This document shows, piece after piece, positions 24,949 through 34,809 of a stretch of DNA of 64,000 nucleotides. A program made the position numbers and the translations under genes. The stretch spans positions 13,911-77,910 of the forward strand of contig JAHFDB010000002.1 of assembly GCA_023249195.1 (NCBI GenBank), read 5' to 3'. Origin of the DNA: a bacterium (GTDB taxonomy: Bacteria; Margulisbacteria; Marinamargulisbacteria; SXXA01; JAHFDB01). Each line of letters begins with the position of its first letter. The stretch's first letter is position 1. The notes under the pieces were generated by a model. That model was not told the origin of the DNA, did not search any database, and was given only the letters and a program-made list of their open reading frames with translations.

Positions 24949-26486
24949 TATCTTGCAACGCCGACTGCCCGAGTTTCACGTATAATAGAAACCTTAACTT
25001 CCCCAGGATAATCCAACTCCGATTCAATTTTTTTAGCCATATCCAAAGCCATTTTATAAGCACCTGGGTCATCGACCTCATCAGGTTTCACAATAACTCT
25101 CACTTCACGGCCAGCCTGAATAGCATATGCTTTTTCAACCCCTTCAAACGTCTTGGCTATCGCTTCTAATTTCTCTAAACGTTTAACATAAGTCTCCAAT
25201 GATTCACGCCTTGCACCCGGTCTAGCAGAGGAGATCGCATCTGCAATCATAACAATAATCGCTTCCACAGTATCAGGGGGCTCATCCTCATGATGGGCCA
25301 TAATACAGTTCAAAATTTCTGGAGATTCCCCATATTTTTCACAGACTTCTTTACCTAATTCTGTGTGAGTACCCTCCTGCTCAAAATCCAAAGCTTTTCC
25401 AATATCATGCAGCAACGCACCCCTTTTAGCCAAAGCAATATTCACCTGCAACTCTCCTGCAATAATACCAGCCACATGTGCAGCTTCTAGAGAGTGTGCC
25501 AAAATATTCTGACCATAACTAGTTCTATAATTCAGTTTTCCTAAATATTCAATAATTTTAGGATGGAACTGCAAACCAACTTCATCAGCAGCTTGCTCAC
25601 CCTTCTCTCTAATAATTTCTTGAAGTTCCTTTTGTGCCTTTGCTACAGACTCTTCAATTCGAGCAGGATGAATACGACCATCCACTACTAATTTTGACAA
25701 GGCTAGTTTTGCTACTTCTCTACGAATAGGGTCAAAACAGGACAAAATAACAGCCCCGGGAGTATCATCAATAATAACATCTACACCGGTAGCCGCTTCA
25801 AAAGCTCGAATATTACGTCCTTCTCTTCCAATAACCCGACCTTTCATATCATCATCCGGCAATTGAACAACCGAGGTTGTCGCAGCCTGAACATGATCAA
25901 TAGCTGTGCGTTGAATTGCATCGACCACAATTTCTTTAGCACGTCGATTTGCTACCTTTTTTGCTTGATCTTCAATATCCTTAATCATCTTCCCCGCCTG
26001 TTGACGAACTTCCTTCTCAACATTTGATAGAACCATTTGCTTGGCTTCTTCTTTAGAAAAACCGGCAGCTTTTTCCAAAGTCACCAAAAGATCTTGAATA
26101 ATAGATTCCTGTTTCTTCTTTAAAGATTTAAATTTTTCGATATCAGCATTAAGAAGATCATCTTTTTCATTTAACTTAGCTTCCTTTGCATCTAAATGCT
26201 TCTCCTTCTGAAGGACTCGATTTTCCACCTCTGCAACGGACTGGCGTCGAGTGCGAATTTCCTCTTCCAGAGTATGTCGTGATTTCGACATCAAACTCTG
26301 TGACTCAGATTGAGCCTTTGAAATAAGCTCCTGAGCCTGTTTTGTAGAATCTACCAACGTTTTCTGAACTGTTTTCTCGACATCCTGAATTCGAGTATCT
26401 GCAGAAAGTTTTTTAAAAAAATAAAAAGCTACCGAAGAAGAAACAAGAACTATTGAACCTAAAATTACCCAAATAAAAATACCCAC
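24948..26486 (-). CDS. rny: ribonuclease Y
   Basis: N-terminal TM helix, a KH domain (GRVIGREGRNIRAFE) and an HD domain (HS...LLHDIGK). 512 aa. Confidence 0.92.
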   Translation of the reverse strand: MGIFIWVILGSIVLVSSSVAFYFFKKLSADTRIQDVEKTVQKTLVDSTKQAQELISKAQSESQSLMSKSRHTLEEEIRTRRQSVAEVENRVLQKEKHLDAKEAKLNEKDDLLNADIEKFKSLKKKQESIIQDLLVTLEKAAGFSKEEAKQMVLSNVEKEVRQQAGKMIKDIEDQAKKVANRRAKEIVVDAIQRTAIDHVQAATTSVVQLPDDDMKGRVIGREGRNIRAFEAATGVDVIIDDTPGAVILSCFDPIRREVAKLALSKLVVDGRIHPARIEESVAKAQKELQEIIREKGEQAADEVGLQFHPKIIEYLGKLNYRTSYGQNILAHSLEAAHVAGIIAGELQVNIALAKRGALLHDIGKALDFEQEGTHTELGKEVCEKYGESPEILNCIMAHHEDEPPDTVEAIIVMIADAISSARPGARRESLETYVKRLEKLEAIAKTFEGVEKAYAIQAGREVRVIVKPDEVDDPGAYKMALDMAKKIESELDYPGEVKVSIIRETRAVGVAR

Positions 26487-26487
26487 A

Positions 26488-27507
26488 TCATTCCTCCTTT
26501 TCCATTAAAATAAGCGCTTCTCCGCCACTCGCGCTTTCTCTAATCTTAGTATCTAACTCTTGTGAAATTTGGGGATGCTGTTTTAAAAACTGTTTCGCAG
26601 ACTCGCGACCCTGTCCCATTCTTTCACCATTAACAGAAAACCAAGTTCCACTTTTTTCAACAAAATTAAGTCCCACTGCCAAATCCAATAAATCTCCTTC
26701 TCGTGAAATCCCTGTACCAAATTCAATTTCCAAATCGGTCGTTTTAAAAGGGGAAGCTACCTTATTTTTAACAATCTTTACTCTCACTCTATTACCCGTA
26801 ATATCAACCCCCGATTTAATCGAGTCAATGCGCCGTATATCAATTCGAATGGTTGAATAAAACTTTAAAGCTCTACCTCCTGGAGTGGTTTCTGGACTGC
26901 CAAACATAACCCCAAGCTTATCCCTTACTTGATTGACAAAAATTACGATAGTATTCGATTTACTGACAATACCAGTTAATTTTCTCAAGGCTTGAGACAT
27001 AAGCCTCGCCTGCATACCCATTTGAGGATCCCCCATATCTCCTTCAATTTCAGATTTTGGAACCAAAGCAGCTACGGAATCAACTACAATCAAATCAACA
27101 GCGCCTGATCGAACCAAAGTTTCAACTATTTCTAAGGCCTGCTCTCCATAATCAGGCTGAGACAAGAGTAATCCTTGCAAATTAACGCCCAGCTTCTCAG
27201 CATAAGCAGGGTTAAGTGCATGCTCAGTATCAATATAGGCACAAACTCCGCCTTGCTTTTGCGTTTCAGCTACAGCATGTAATGACAGGGTTGTTTTTCC
27301 TGAAGACTCAGGACCAAAAATCTCAATGATTCGCCCTCTGGGATACCCCCCCACACCCAAGGCCAAATCCAACGACAAAGCTCCTGAAGAAATAGTCGAA
27401 AATGACATGTTGGGCGACTCCCCAAATTTCATAATCGCACCCTTTCCATGAGCCTTTTCAATCTGTGAAATTGCAAAATTTAAAGCCTTTGCTTTATTCT
27501 CATCCAT
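26488..27507 (-). CDS. recA: recombinase RecA
   Basis: 339 aa with GPESSGKTT Walker A. Confidence 0.96.
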   Translation of the reverse strand: MDENKAKALNFAISQIEKAHGKGAIMKFGESPNMSFSTISSGALSLDLALGVGGYPRGRIIEIFGPESSGKTTLSLHAVAETQKQGGVCAYIDTEHALNPAYAEKLGVNLQGLLLSQPDYGEQALEIVETLVRSGAVDLIVVDSVAALVPKSEIEGDMGDPQMGMQARLMSQALRKLTGIVSKSNTIVIFVNQVRDKLGVMFGSPETTPGGRALKFYSTIRIDIRRIDSIKSGVDITGNRVRVKIVKNKVASPFKTTDLEIEFGTGISREGDLLDLAVGLNFVEKSGTWFSVNGERMGQGRESAKQFLKQHPQISQELDTKIRESASGGEALILMEKEE

Positions 27508-27511
27508 AAAA

Positions 27512-28042
27512 TCAGTCCTTTCCTACTCTTAGTAATTGTCTCAACAACACAAGGGCTGCTTGAACAGCCTGGGAACGAATACTTTGCCTATTCCCACTCA
27601 ACATAAACCGAGTTACCTTCTCTTTACCGTTCACTACAACACCTACAAAAACCAATCCCACTGAAGAATTCTCTAAACCAGAAGGCCCCGCAAACCCTGT
27701 AACAGAAACTCCACAGGTGCTTTTAGCCCACTTTTTTCCCCCCCGAACCATCTCTAAAGCCACCTCCTGACTCACGGCTCCATACTGACGTAATGTAGCA
27801 GGAGAAACTCCGGAAAGTTGGACCTTTAAAAGGGGACTGTAAGCAATAACTCCTCCTAAAAAATACTCTGAACTTCCCGTCTGACGGGTAATTCTCTCTG
27901 ACAACATGCCTCCTGTCATAGATTCGACCACTATCAAAGAGTGATCTCCACTTCTCAGCAAATTTGCGACTTCTTGATCCAGTTGTCGATCAAAATGCAA
28001 CACACTATAGTCCAACTCAGTCTGAAAGACAGATGCTTCCAT
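27512..28042 (-). CDS. CinA C-terminal domain protein (PncC-like nicotinamide-nucleotide amidohydrolase)
   Basis: 176 aa CinA_C family, immediately upstream of recA as is typical. Confidence 0.8.
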   Translation of the reverse strand: MEASVFQTELDYSVLHFDRQLDQEVANLLRSGDHSLIVVESMTGGMLSERITRQTGSSEYFLGGVIAYSPLLKVQLSGVSPATLRQYGAVSQEVALEMVRGGKKWAKSTCGVSVTGFAGPSGLENSSVGLVFVGVVVNGKEKVTRFMLSGNRQSIRSQAVQAALVLLRQLLRVGKD

Positions 28043-28112
28043 AGATTTCCTGCTGGATGATTAAAAATAAAATTGAAAATAAAGTCTGATACGGAAATAA
28101 ACGACTACCGCC

Positions 28113-29288
28113 TCAGCTAAAAGCGAGGGCTTTTTCTGCCGTTTTTCTCAACAACTCCGCTCTATCCGTTTTTTCCCAACTTAAGTCTAAATCATCCCGG
28201 CCAAAATGACCGTAAGCTGCCGTTTGTCTAAAAATAGGACGCCTTAATTGCAAGACATCCTCTATTCCTTTCGGAGTTAAATCAAAACACTCATGAACAA
28301 ACCCAACAAGAGCAGACTCTTCGACTTTTGAAGTTCCTCTCGTATTTACATAAACAGAGACTGGTTTCGCAACCCCAATAGCATAAGCAAGCTGAACTTC
28401 AGCCTCTTGAGCCAAACCTGACGCCACAATATTTTTGGCAACATACCGGGCCATATAAGCCCCTGAACGATCTACCTTTGTACAATCTTTACCAGAAAAA
28501 GCCCCACCCCCATGACTTGCCCATCCTCCATAGGTATCCACAATAATTTTTCTTCCGGTTAACCCCGTATCTCCGTGAGGACCGCCAATTACAAAACGAC
28601 CCGTAGGATTAATTAAGAATCGGGTATCCTGATCTAAATATTGAGCCGGAATAACCCTGCGAATTACCTGCTCAATCATATCCTGTGAAATCGTTTCTAA
28701 TGAAACATCTGGATCATGTTGGGTAGAGAGAACAACCGTATGAATCCTAACAGGAACACGATCTCGATATTCCACCGTCAATTGTGCCTTGGCATCCGGC
28801 CTTAAATAAGGCAACTCTCTTGACTTTCTTACCCTAGCCAATTCTTTCACAAGCTGATGTGAAAGCTGAATAGGCAAAGGCATATAAGACGATGTCTGCC
28901 GACACGCATATCCAAACATCATCCCCTGATCTCCGGCCCCCTGTTCTTTAAACAAGCCTTCCCCAACATTCACGCCTTGAGCGATATCCGGGGACTGCCC
29001 ATGAATAGCAGAAAGAACAGAACAGCTTTCAGCATCCAAACCAAAATCTGGATTGGTATAGCCAATTTCAGAGACTGTCTTCCTTACTATTTTTTGGATA
29101 TCTAGCTGAGCTCGAGAAGTGATTTCGCCCCCGACAAGAATAAGTCCTGTCGTAGCAAAGCACTCAGCAGCCACTCTACTTTGAGGGTCTTGTGCCAATG
29201 CAGCATCCAAAACTGCATCAGAAATCTGATCACAAAGTTTATCTGGATGGCCTTCCGAAACAGACTCCGAACTAAAAAAATACGCCAT
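28113..29288 (-). CDS. metK: S-adenosylmethionine synthetase
   Basis: Motifs [11 protein letters not shown] and GGGAFSGKD. The conserved start is at an internal Met (MAYFFSSE). The tracked ORF runs to 29363. Confidence 0.92.
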   Translation of the reverse strand: MAYFFSSESVSEGHPDKLCDQISDAVLDAALAQDPQSRVAAECFATTGLILVGGEITSRAQLDIQKIVRKTVSEIGYTNPDFGLDAESCSVLSAIHGQSPDIAQGVNVGEGLFKEQGAGDQGMMFGYACRQTSSYMPLPIQLSHQLVKELARVRKSRELPYLRPDAKAQLTVEYRDRVPVRIHTVVLSTQHDPDVSLETISQDMIEQVIRRVIPAQYLDQDTRFLINPTGRFVIGGPHGDTGLTGRKIIVDTYGGWASHGGGAFSGKDCTKVDRSGAYMARYVAKNIVASGLAQEAEVQLAYAIGVAKPVSVYVNTRGTSKVEESALVGFVHECFDLTPKGIEDVLQLRRPIFRQTAAYGHFGRDDLDLSWEKTDRAELLRKTAEKALAFS

Positions 29289-29384
29289 TACATAAAATCC
29301 TTTTACACGTTCGATAAATTTAGAATAAAGAACTGGAGAATACCATATTAAACAGTGTATCATTACAGAACTATGCGAACAACT

Positions 29385-30980
29385 ATGAGTGTTATTATTG
29401 AATTTCCAGGATCACTTTTTAGTTCTTTTCAGGAAAAGAACCATGGTGCAAACAAAGTCTCTCAAACCTTATTTAAGTGTCTTGCAAATAAATTGAGCGG
29501 ACCTATTTTTGTTGTAACGAATGCACCGTACAAGGATTTTCTTTCTTTTAAAACCCAGTTCAAAGAAGCGAACTTAATCCACACCAATTATACAACACTT
29601 CACAAAACATTAGAAAATTACCCCAAACCCGATCTCGCCTTTACTTCCGATCTGGCGATGGAAAAACTGCTTTTTTTTAGAAATTATTTTGGATACACAT
29701 TTCCTGTCATCGGGCTTGTTCATTATCTGGGCTCTCAATCGTCGATAGCAACATTAAAACAAACGCTATCTCTTTTTTCCCCCATAGATATCCTCATATG
29801 CCCCTCTGCCCATGTTCAAAAAACAGTTCTAAATTTATCAAACAAACTATCGCCAAAAAAAATTCTAAAAACACAATGTCCCGTCATTCCCTTTGGGATT
29901 GATACAAGCACTTTTATACCAGAACTAGACAAAAAAACCCTCCTAAAAAAACAGCTAAATCTTACTGAAAAAGACATACTTATTCTCCATATCTCAAGAA
30001 TTAATGCCTTTACAAAAACAGACCTATTGCCACTTATTCATAATTTTGAAACAACAACAATGGCTACCCCCTCCGTGCATCTATTTATTGTAGGAGAACT
30101 CCACTCGGAATTCTATTTTGAGCATATTAAACTGTATATTGAAGAAAGAGGCCTCTCAAAAAAAATACACTTTATAACTCGTCCCGACAGCCTCAATATG
30201 CACATATATTTTCAAGCTGCAGATATTTTCATTTCTCTTGCAGACAATCCCTGCGAAACCTTTGGGCTTACCGCAATTGAAGCCATGTCGTGTTGTCTTC
30301 CGGTAATTCTATCTGATTTTTGTGCCTATTCCAGTTTTATAGAGAATCAAAAAGAAGGATTCTTAATTCCAACTTTTCGCGGAGAATGCCATCTTGAAAT
30401 ACCCTTTTTTCTAGCCAACGCCTCCGATTTTGGAGACACCCTTATTCAATCTACAGCAATAGACAACTCAACTTTTCGAAAAGCACTTTCAAAACTTATA
30501 AAAAACCCTAATCTACGCTCAAAAATGGGCATTCTGGGCAGAAAAGTTGTTCTAAAAAAATACACTTTAGAAAAAATGACAATCAGCTATCTAGCTCTAT
30601 TTAACAAAACTGTACTCAACAGCAAAAAAAACAGTCCTAACCATTTTCTCAGACCCAAGCTTACTCAACTTGATGGGTCCCTTAACCATGTTGCATCCTT
30701 ATCACTCACAACAAATACATGCTTTAAAATAACCCCCTTTGGAAAATCTATCATCGAAAAAAAAGAATCCTTTTTTACCTTTGAAAAACATCTCATAGAA
30801 CGACCTTTTCTAGCTCTTCTTATGGATATTTTCAAAAAAGGAATTTACTCTCTAGAAAATCTTACTTCATTTTTTCCAAAAGAAGACTCTCTCCAACTAA
30901 CGCTACTTTATTTACTCAAACACGACTTATTGGAAATAGTAAAAAGTGAAAGCTTTTCAAAAACCCCGCACCCCAGGTGA
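29385..30980 (+). CDS. glycosyltransferase family 1 (GT4-like) with a roughly 170 aa C-terminal extension
   Basis: GT1 sugar-donor motif [18 protein letters not shown]. The start is uncertain (GTG at 29355, or ATG at 29373 or 29385). Confidence 0.7.
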   Translation: MSVIIEFPGSLFSSFQEKNHGANKVSQTLFKCLANKLSGPIFVVTNAPYKDFLSFKTQFKEANLIHTNYTTLHKTLENYPKPDLAFTSDLAMEKLLFFRNYFGYTFPVIGLVHYLGSQSSIATLKQTLSLFSPIDILICPSAHVQKTVLNLSNKLSPKKILKTQCPVIPFGIDTSTFIPELDKKTLLKKQLNLTEKDILILHISRINAFTKTDLLPLIHNFETTTMATPSVHLFIVGELHSEFYFEHIKLYIEERGLSKKIHFITRPDSLNMHIYFQAADIFISLADNPCETFGLTAIEAMSCCLPVILSDFCAYSSFIENQKEGFLIPTFRGECHLEIPFFLANASDFGDTLIQSTAIDNSTFRKALSKLIKNPNLRSKMGILGRKVVLKKYTLEKMTISYLALFNKTVLNSKKNSPNHFLRPKLTQLDGSLNHVASLSLTTNTCFKITPFGKSIIEKKESFFTFEKHLIERPFLALLMDIFKKGIYSLENLTSFFPKEDSLQLTLLYLLKHDLLEIVKSESFSKTPHPR

Positions 30981-30984
30981 AGAA

Positions 30985-31060
30985 TGGTGCGCTGTGCTGG
31001 AATCGAACCAGCGGCCCACTGATTAAGAGTCAGTTGCTCTACCGACTGAGCTAACAGCGC
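30985..31060 (-). tRNA. tRNA-Lys (anticodon CUU)
   Basis: Manual fold of the minus strand: GCGCUGU-UA-GCUC...GAGC-A-ACUGA-CUCUUAA-UCAGU-GGGCC-GCUGG-UUCGAUU-CCAGC-ACAGCGC-A-CCA. It has a 7-bp acceptor, TPsiC loop UUCGAUU and an encoded CCA. Confidence 0.88.
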
Positions 31061-31138
31061 ATGTGAAGAAGCAGCGCATTATGACATTTGAAACAATAAT
31101 TTTCAATACATTTAAATACCAAAACCCTCCGATAGACA

Positions 31139-32047
31139 TTGAACAACAGCAAAAATATTGACTTCTTACTAAGGGGTATTGCGATGTTAGATCTATACAA
31201 GTCTATACAAAATTCTATTGGAGGCCTAAACTCGGCACTGCGTATTGCCATTTCGAATGCAGATAACTTCAACACGCCTGGATTCAAATACACAACAGCT
31301 TCCTTTACATCTATTTACAATCAATCTATTACCTCTGGAACAGAAAGTACCAACCCTGTAACTATCGGAGGGAGCATGACCCTAGGCTCTACCAACACCG
31401 ATTTTAGTCAGGGAAATATCAGCATAGGAACGGCCCTCGACTCTGCCATTGTTGGAGAAGGATTCTTAATTTTATCCAAATCCGGCACAGAGTTTACCGA
31501 ATCATCCCCCAAAGTATTTACACGTCTCGGAAGATTTAAAGTAGATTTCGCAAACCAGTTTTTAACAGACACCTTTGGAAGAAAGGTCTTTGGATATAAA
31601 GTAGATGCAAATGGAAATCCTGTCAGTAGAACGTTGGTTCCTCTTCAAACCGATGGAAACACAGATGTAGGCTTCACAGCCGGAGGCATTCTTGTTACAA
31701 ATTTTCAAAAAAATAAAGACGACATCGCCAGCGGGGTAAATCCGCCGACAGCCACCGTCCCTCTTTACAGGCTTGCGCTCACCACATTCACAAACAAACA
31801 GGGATTAATTCCCGTTGAAGGAACAGCCTACAGTACTACCCAAGCCTCTGGACAACCCCTAGAACCTGGGAGTGCAGAGGAAGGCCCTTATGGAAACATT
31901 TTAGGGTCTAGCTTAGAATCATCAAACATAGACGTAGCCAGAATTGCTCTCGATATGGCCCTTTTAAATCGAGGCTATTCTGCTGTTCAGGGGTTAGTAG
32001 ACGATCTAAACAAAATTCTTTCCGGTTTAATTAGCAAGCTTCAATAA
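31139..32047 (+). CDS. flagellar basal-body rod/hook family protein (FlgE/FlgF/FlgG-like)
   Basis: N-terminal rod motif (MLDLYKSIQNSIGGL...ISNADNFNTPGFKY) and a C-terminal Flg_bbr_C-like motif (LESSNIDVARIALDMALLNRGYSA). Start may be the internal Met at about 31184. Confidence 0.65.
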   Translation: MNNSKNIDFLLRGIAMLDLYKSIQNSIGGLNSALRIAISNADNFNTPGFKYTTASFTSIYNQSITSGTESTNPVTIGGSMTLGSTNTDFSQGNISIGTALDSAIVGEGFLILSKSGTEFTESSPKVFTRLGRFKVDFANQFLTDTFGRKVFGYKVDANGNPVSRTLVPLQTDGNTDVGFTAGGILVTNFQKNKDDIASGVNPPTATVPLYRLALTTFTNKQGLIPVEGTAYSTTQASGQPLEPGSAEEGPYGNILGSSLESSNIDVARIALDMALLNRGYSAVQGLVDDLNKILSGLISKLQ

Positions 32048-32567
32048 CGCCATACTCCCCTTTTTTATCCAAGGGGTAGATTACGTTAATGACCTCTGTT
32101 TCAATATTCTTGAACATAAGGAAAGGCCCACCAGCCTCTTCAAGAAAGCTCAGGGCATCTTCCGCTGTCATAGGCTTTGTCACATAAAGAATCTTATCTT
32201 GAGTCGATTTTTTAGGTGCTTTTTTAACTTCAGAAACAGAAACAGACCTTTGAGTACTATCCCTTTTATGAGACCTTAATTTCTCTTTATGTTTTTTAAG
32301 CTGAATAACCATTTTTTCATAAACCCCATCAATACTTGCGTACATATCTGCTGATACATGTTCAGCTCTTATAACTGCACCAGAAACTTTGGCAACAATT
32401 TCTGCCACACACCTTGAATCATCTGAAGCTGTATCACTTTGATTAAGCTCAGCAGAAACACTTAAAACGTGGTCAAAATATCTATCTAACTTCAATAGCT
32501 TTTTCTCTGCATATGCCTTTAATGCCACTGTAATATTCACATGATGCGTTTTAACCGTTATTTTCAT
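32031..32567 (-). CDS. hpf: ribosome hibernation promoting factor, long form
   Basis: 178 aa with an N-terminal RaiA/YfiA domain plus a C-terminal dimerisation domain (INVIYPLDKKGEYGVIE). Confidence 0.88.
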   Translation of the reverse strand: MKITVKTHHVNITVALKAYAEKKLLKLDRYFDHVLSVSAELNQSDTASDDSRCVAEIVAKVSGAVIRAEHVSADMYASIDGVYEKMVIQLKKHKEKLRSHKRDSTQRSVSVSEVKKAPKKSTQDKILYVTKPMTAEDALSFLEEAGGPFLMFKNIETEVINVIYPLDKKGEYGVIEAC

Positions 32568-32647
32568 AAAAAGCCCTCACTTGTTATTTAATTCTATGTG
32601 ATACTATCATAGTGGTATTCTAATGTGAAAGAAAAAGGAGTATTACT

Positions 32648-33607
32648 TTGGGACTAAAAGCTGTGATTCTTGCTGCCGGCAAGGGAACTCGGATGAAGTC
32701 AGAGATTTTAAAGGTTGTTCACCAAGTAGCAGGAAAACCGATTGTCAACTATGTGCTCGATACAGTGCTCAATATTGGGGTCGAGGATGTCTATTTAGTG
32801 GTAGGACACCAAGCCAATCTAGTACAACAAAATATCTGCCATGCCAATGCTCACTTTGTGATTCAAGAAGACCAAATGGGAACAGGCCATGCCGTCATGC
32901 AAGTACAGCCCCTCATTCCTATAGACAATAACGATACCATAATGGTTCTCGCTGGCGACTGCCCTTTAATCGAAGAAGAAACACTACAGAATCTATTGGC
33001 AATCCACCAAGAATCAAACGCACTCGGCACTATTTTAACAGCCATCATGGAAAACCCTGGAGGCTACGGAAGAATCTTAAGAGGCCAGATGGGAACCGTC
33101 ATTGGAATCAAAGAAGCGAAAGATTGCACAAGCGAGGAAAAAGAAATCCAAGAAATCAATACAGGAGTATATATTTTTGACTCGCAAGCTCTATTTGAAA
33201 ATCTTCAATATGTCGATACCAATAATACCCAAAAAGAATTTTATCTGACAGACGTGATTCATCTAATCAAAGAATCTGGAGGCGCTATTGCAGCGTATTG
33301 TGCAGAAGACTCCAATGAAGTAATTGGAATTAATACCAGAGAAGACCTAGCAAATATTAGCAAAATTATCTACCAAAAAAACAATATTCATTTTATGCAA
33401 GAAGGTATCACCATCATAGACCCCAACTCAACCTTTATTGATTCCACAGTAAAAATAGGAGGAGACACTATCATTTCGCCTTTCACCATTATTAAAGGCC
33501 ATACCGTTATAGGCACCCATTGCAAAATAGGACCACACACTTTTATCGAAAATGGTACTATTGTCAATGAGACAAACCTACCTCCATTTACCTATATCCA
33601 ACACTAA
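32648..33607 (+). CDS. GlmU-like sugar-1-phosphate nucleotidyltransferase with the uridyltransferase domain and only the first turns of the LbH domain (no acetyltransferase catalytic region)
   Basis: Motifs VILAAGKGTRM, QMGTGHA, EINTG and YLTD. Ends after about 60 aa of hexapeptide repeats. TTG start with an AAGGAG Shine-Dalgarno. Its stop overlaps the next gene's ATG (TAATG). Confidence 0.8.
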   Translation: MGLKAVILAAGKGTRMKSEILKVVHQVAGKPIVNYVLDTVLNIGVEDVYLVVGHQANLVQQNICHANAHFVIQEDQMGTGHAVMQVQPLIPIDNNDTIMVLAGDCPLIEEETLQNLLAIHQESNALGTILTAIMENPGGYGRILRGQMGTVIGIKEAKDCTSEEKEIQEINTGVYIFDSQALFENLQYVDTNNTQKEFYLTDVIHLIKESGGAIAAYCAEDSNEVIGINTREDLANISKIIYQKNNIHFMQEGITIIDPNSTFIDSTVKIGGDTIISPFTIIKGHTVIGTHCKIGPHTFIENGTIVNETNLPPFTYIQH

Positions 33608-34809
33608 TGCAGGAGGCTTTCTTAGGAAGAAACAAACTTGTTCAAGACCTGAAACAACATAAGATTTTATATGAACTTTCAAAAGCACTTCACTCCACTT
33701 TACATGAGTCAAAGCTATCTCAGCTTATTGTGGAAAGTATCTCTCTTATTTTTAATGCGAACTCTCAGTTGTGGCTTTTAGATCCAGGAAAAGAGACATT
33801 CACCTTAAAAGGAAGCAAACCTCCCACAAAAAATGAGAAAACATTGTCTTCAAAATGGTTTGAAGTCCTTATGCAAGGGCGCCCAATTCATTACGACCCC
33901 GTTAAAAACTACCTTCTATTTGCTTTAAACAACAAAAACCAACCCCTAGGGATTCTAGAAATTTTTTTAAATACCTCTCAAAAAGTAAGCCAAGATTCCT
34001 TAAATTTTTTACTCGAAGTCATGGACCCCATTATCCTAGCACTGGCCAATGCTAAGCATTATTCTCGCCTCGAAAAATGGGCGCTTCTAGATGGCCTGAC
34101 CGGACTTTTTAACCGTATCTACTTCCAAAAAACACTGGGCATTGAGATCGCGCGCGCAAAGAGACAGGAATACCCTCTTTCACTACTCATGATCGACCTT
34201 GATTTTTTCAAACATGTCAACGATACCTACGGACATCCTATCGGAGATGAGGTATTAAAAAGAATCAGCTGGCATTGTAGCCATTCCTTAAGAAAATCAG
34301 ATATCTTATCTCGTTATGGTGGAGAAGAGTTTATTGGACTATTGGTAGATTGCAATGGAATAAATGCATCTAGAATCGCAGAGAAAATTAGGTCAAAAAT
34401 AGAAAATTGGACATTATTTATTATCGAATCCACATCTCAACACCATCCCTATATTCTCATAGAAAAAATATCCTCCAAATATGAGTGGCTTACGCCCATG
34501 CCCTCAAATAAATCAGAAGCTATGTTAAACTCCCTTAAAAAATTGAGCCTTTCTGATACACATGTATTAAAAACAAAATCACTCATCTATTATAAAATCA
34601 AGGTCACTGTAAGCATTGGAATCGCATCCTATCCGGAAGACTTTTCCCACAGTTCAAAAGGGCTTGATCTTGTAAACGAAGGTGCAGAAGAAAAAGATCT
34701 TTTAGTATATATGGCCGATAAAGCCCTCTATAAAGCAAAAAAAGCGGGCAGAAACAAAGCATTATTATATCAAATTATCCAAAAAGGAGTCTCTAATGAG
34801 CACGCTTGA
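33607..34809 (+). CDS. GGDEF-domain diguanylate cyclase with an N-terminal GAF-like sensor region
   Basis: Active-site RYGGEEF preceded by an RKSD I-site. There is an insertion of roughly 60 aa between the core strands. Confidence 0.8.
   Translation: MQEAFLGRNKLVQDLKQHKILYELSKALHSTLHESKLSQLIVESISLIFNANSQLWLLDPGKETFTLKGSKPPTKNEKTLSSKWFEVLMQGRPIHYDPVKNYLLFALNNKNQPLGILEIFLNTSQKVSQDSLNFLLEVMDPIILALANAKHYSRLEKWALLDGLTGLFNRIYFQKTLGIEIARAKRQEYPLSLLMIDLDFFKHVNDTYGHPIGDEVLKRISWHCSHSLRKSDILSRYGGEEFIGLLVDCNGINASRIAEKIRSKIENWTLFIIESTSQHHPYILIEKISSKYEWLTPMPSNKSEAMLNSLKKLSLSDTHVLKTKSLIYYKIKVTVSIGIASYPEDFSHSSKGLDLVNEGAEEKDLLVYMADKALYKAKKAGRNKALLYQIIQKGVSNEHA

Noticed and set aside
29289-29384. Possible SAM riboswitch in the metK leader
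   Set aside because: The leader is AU-rich with no obvious conserved S-box or SAM-II pairing elements visible by eye. A covariance-model scan would be needed.
30981-31138. Looked for an integrase, att-type direct repeats or a prophage edge next to tRNA-Lys
   Set aside because: No integrase/recombinase-like ORF and no repeat of the tRNA 3' end within the flanking sequence. No mobile element is supported.
31051-31293. 80-aa minus-strand ORF overlapping tRNA-Lys and the 5' end of the flagellar-family gene
   Set aside because: Overlaps a confidently folded tRNA and a better-supported CDS, and has no recognisable similarity.
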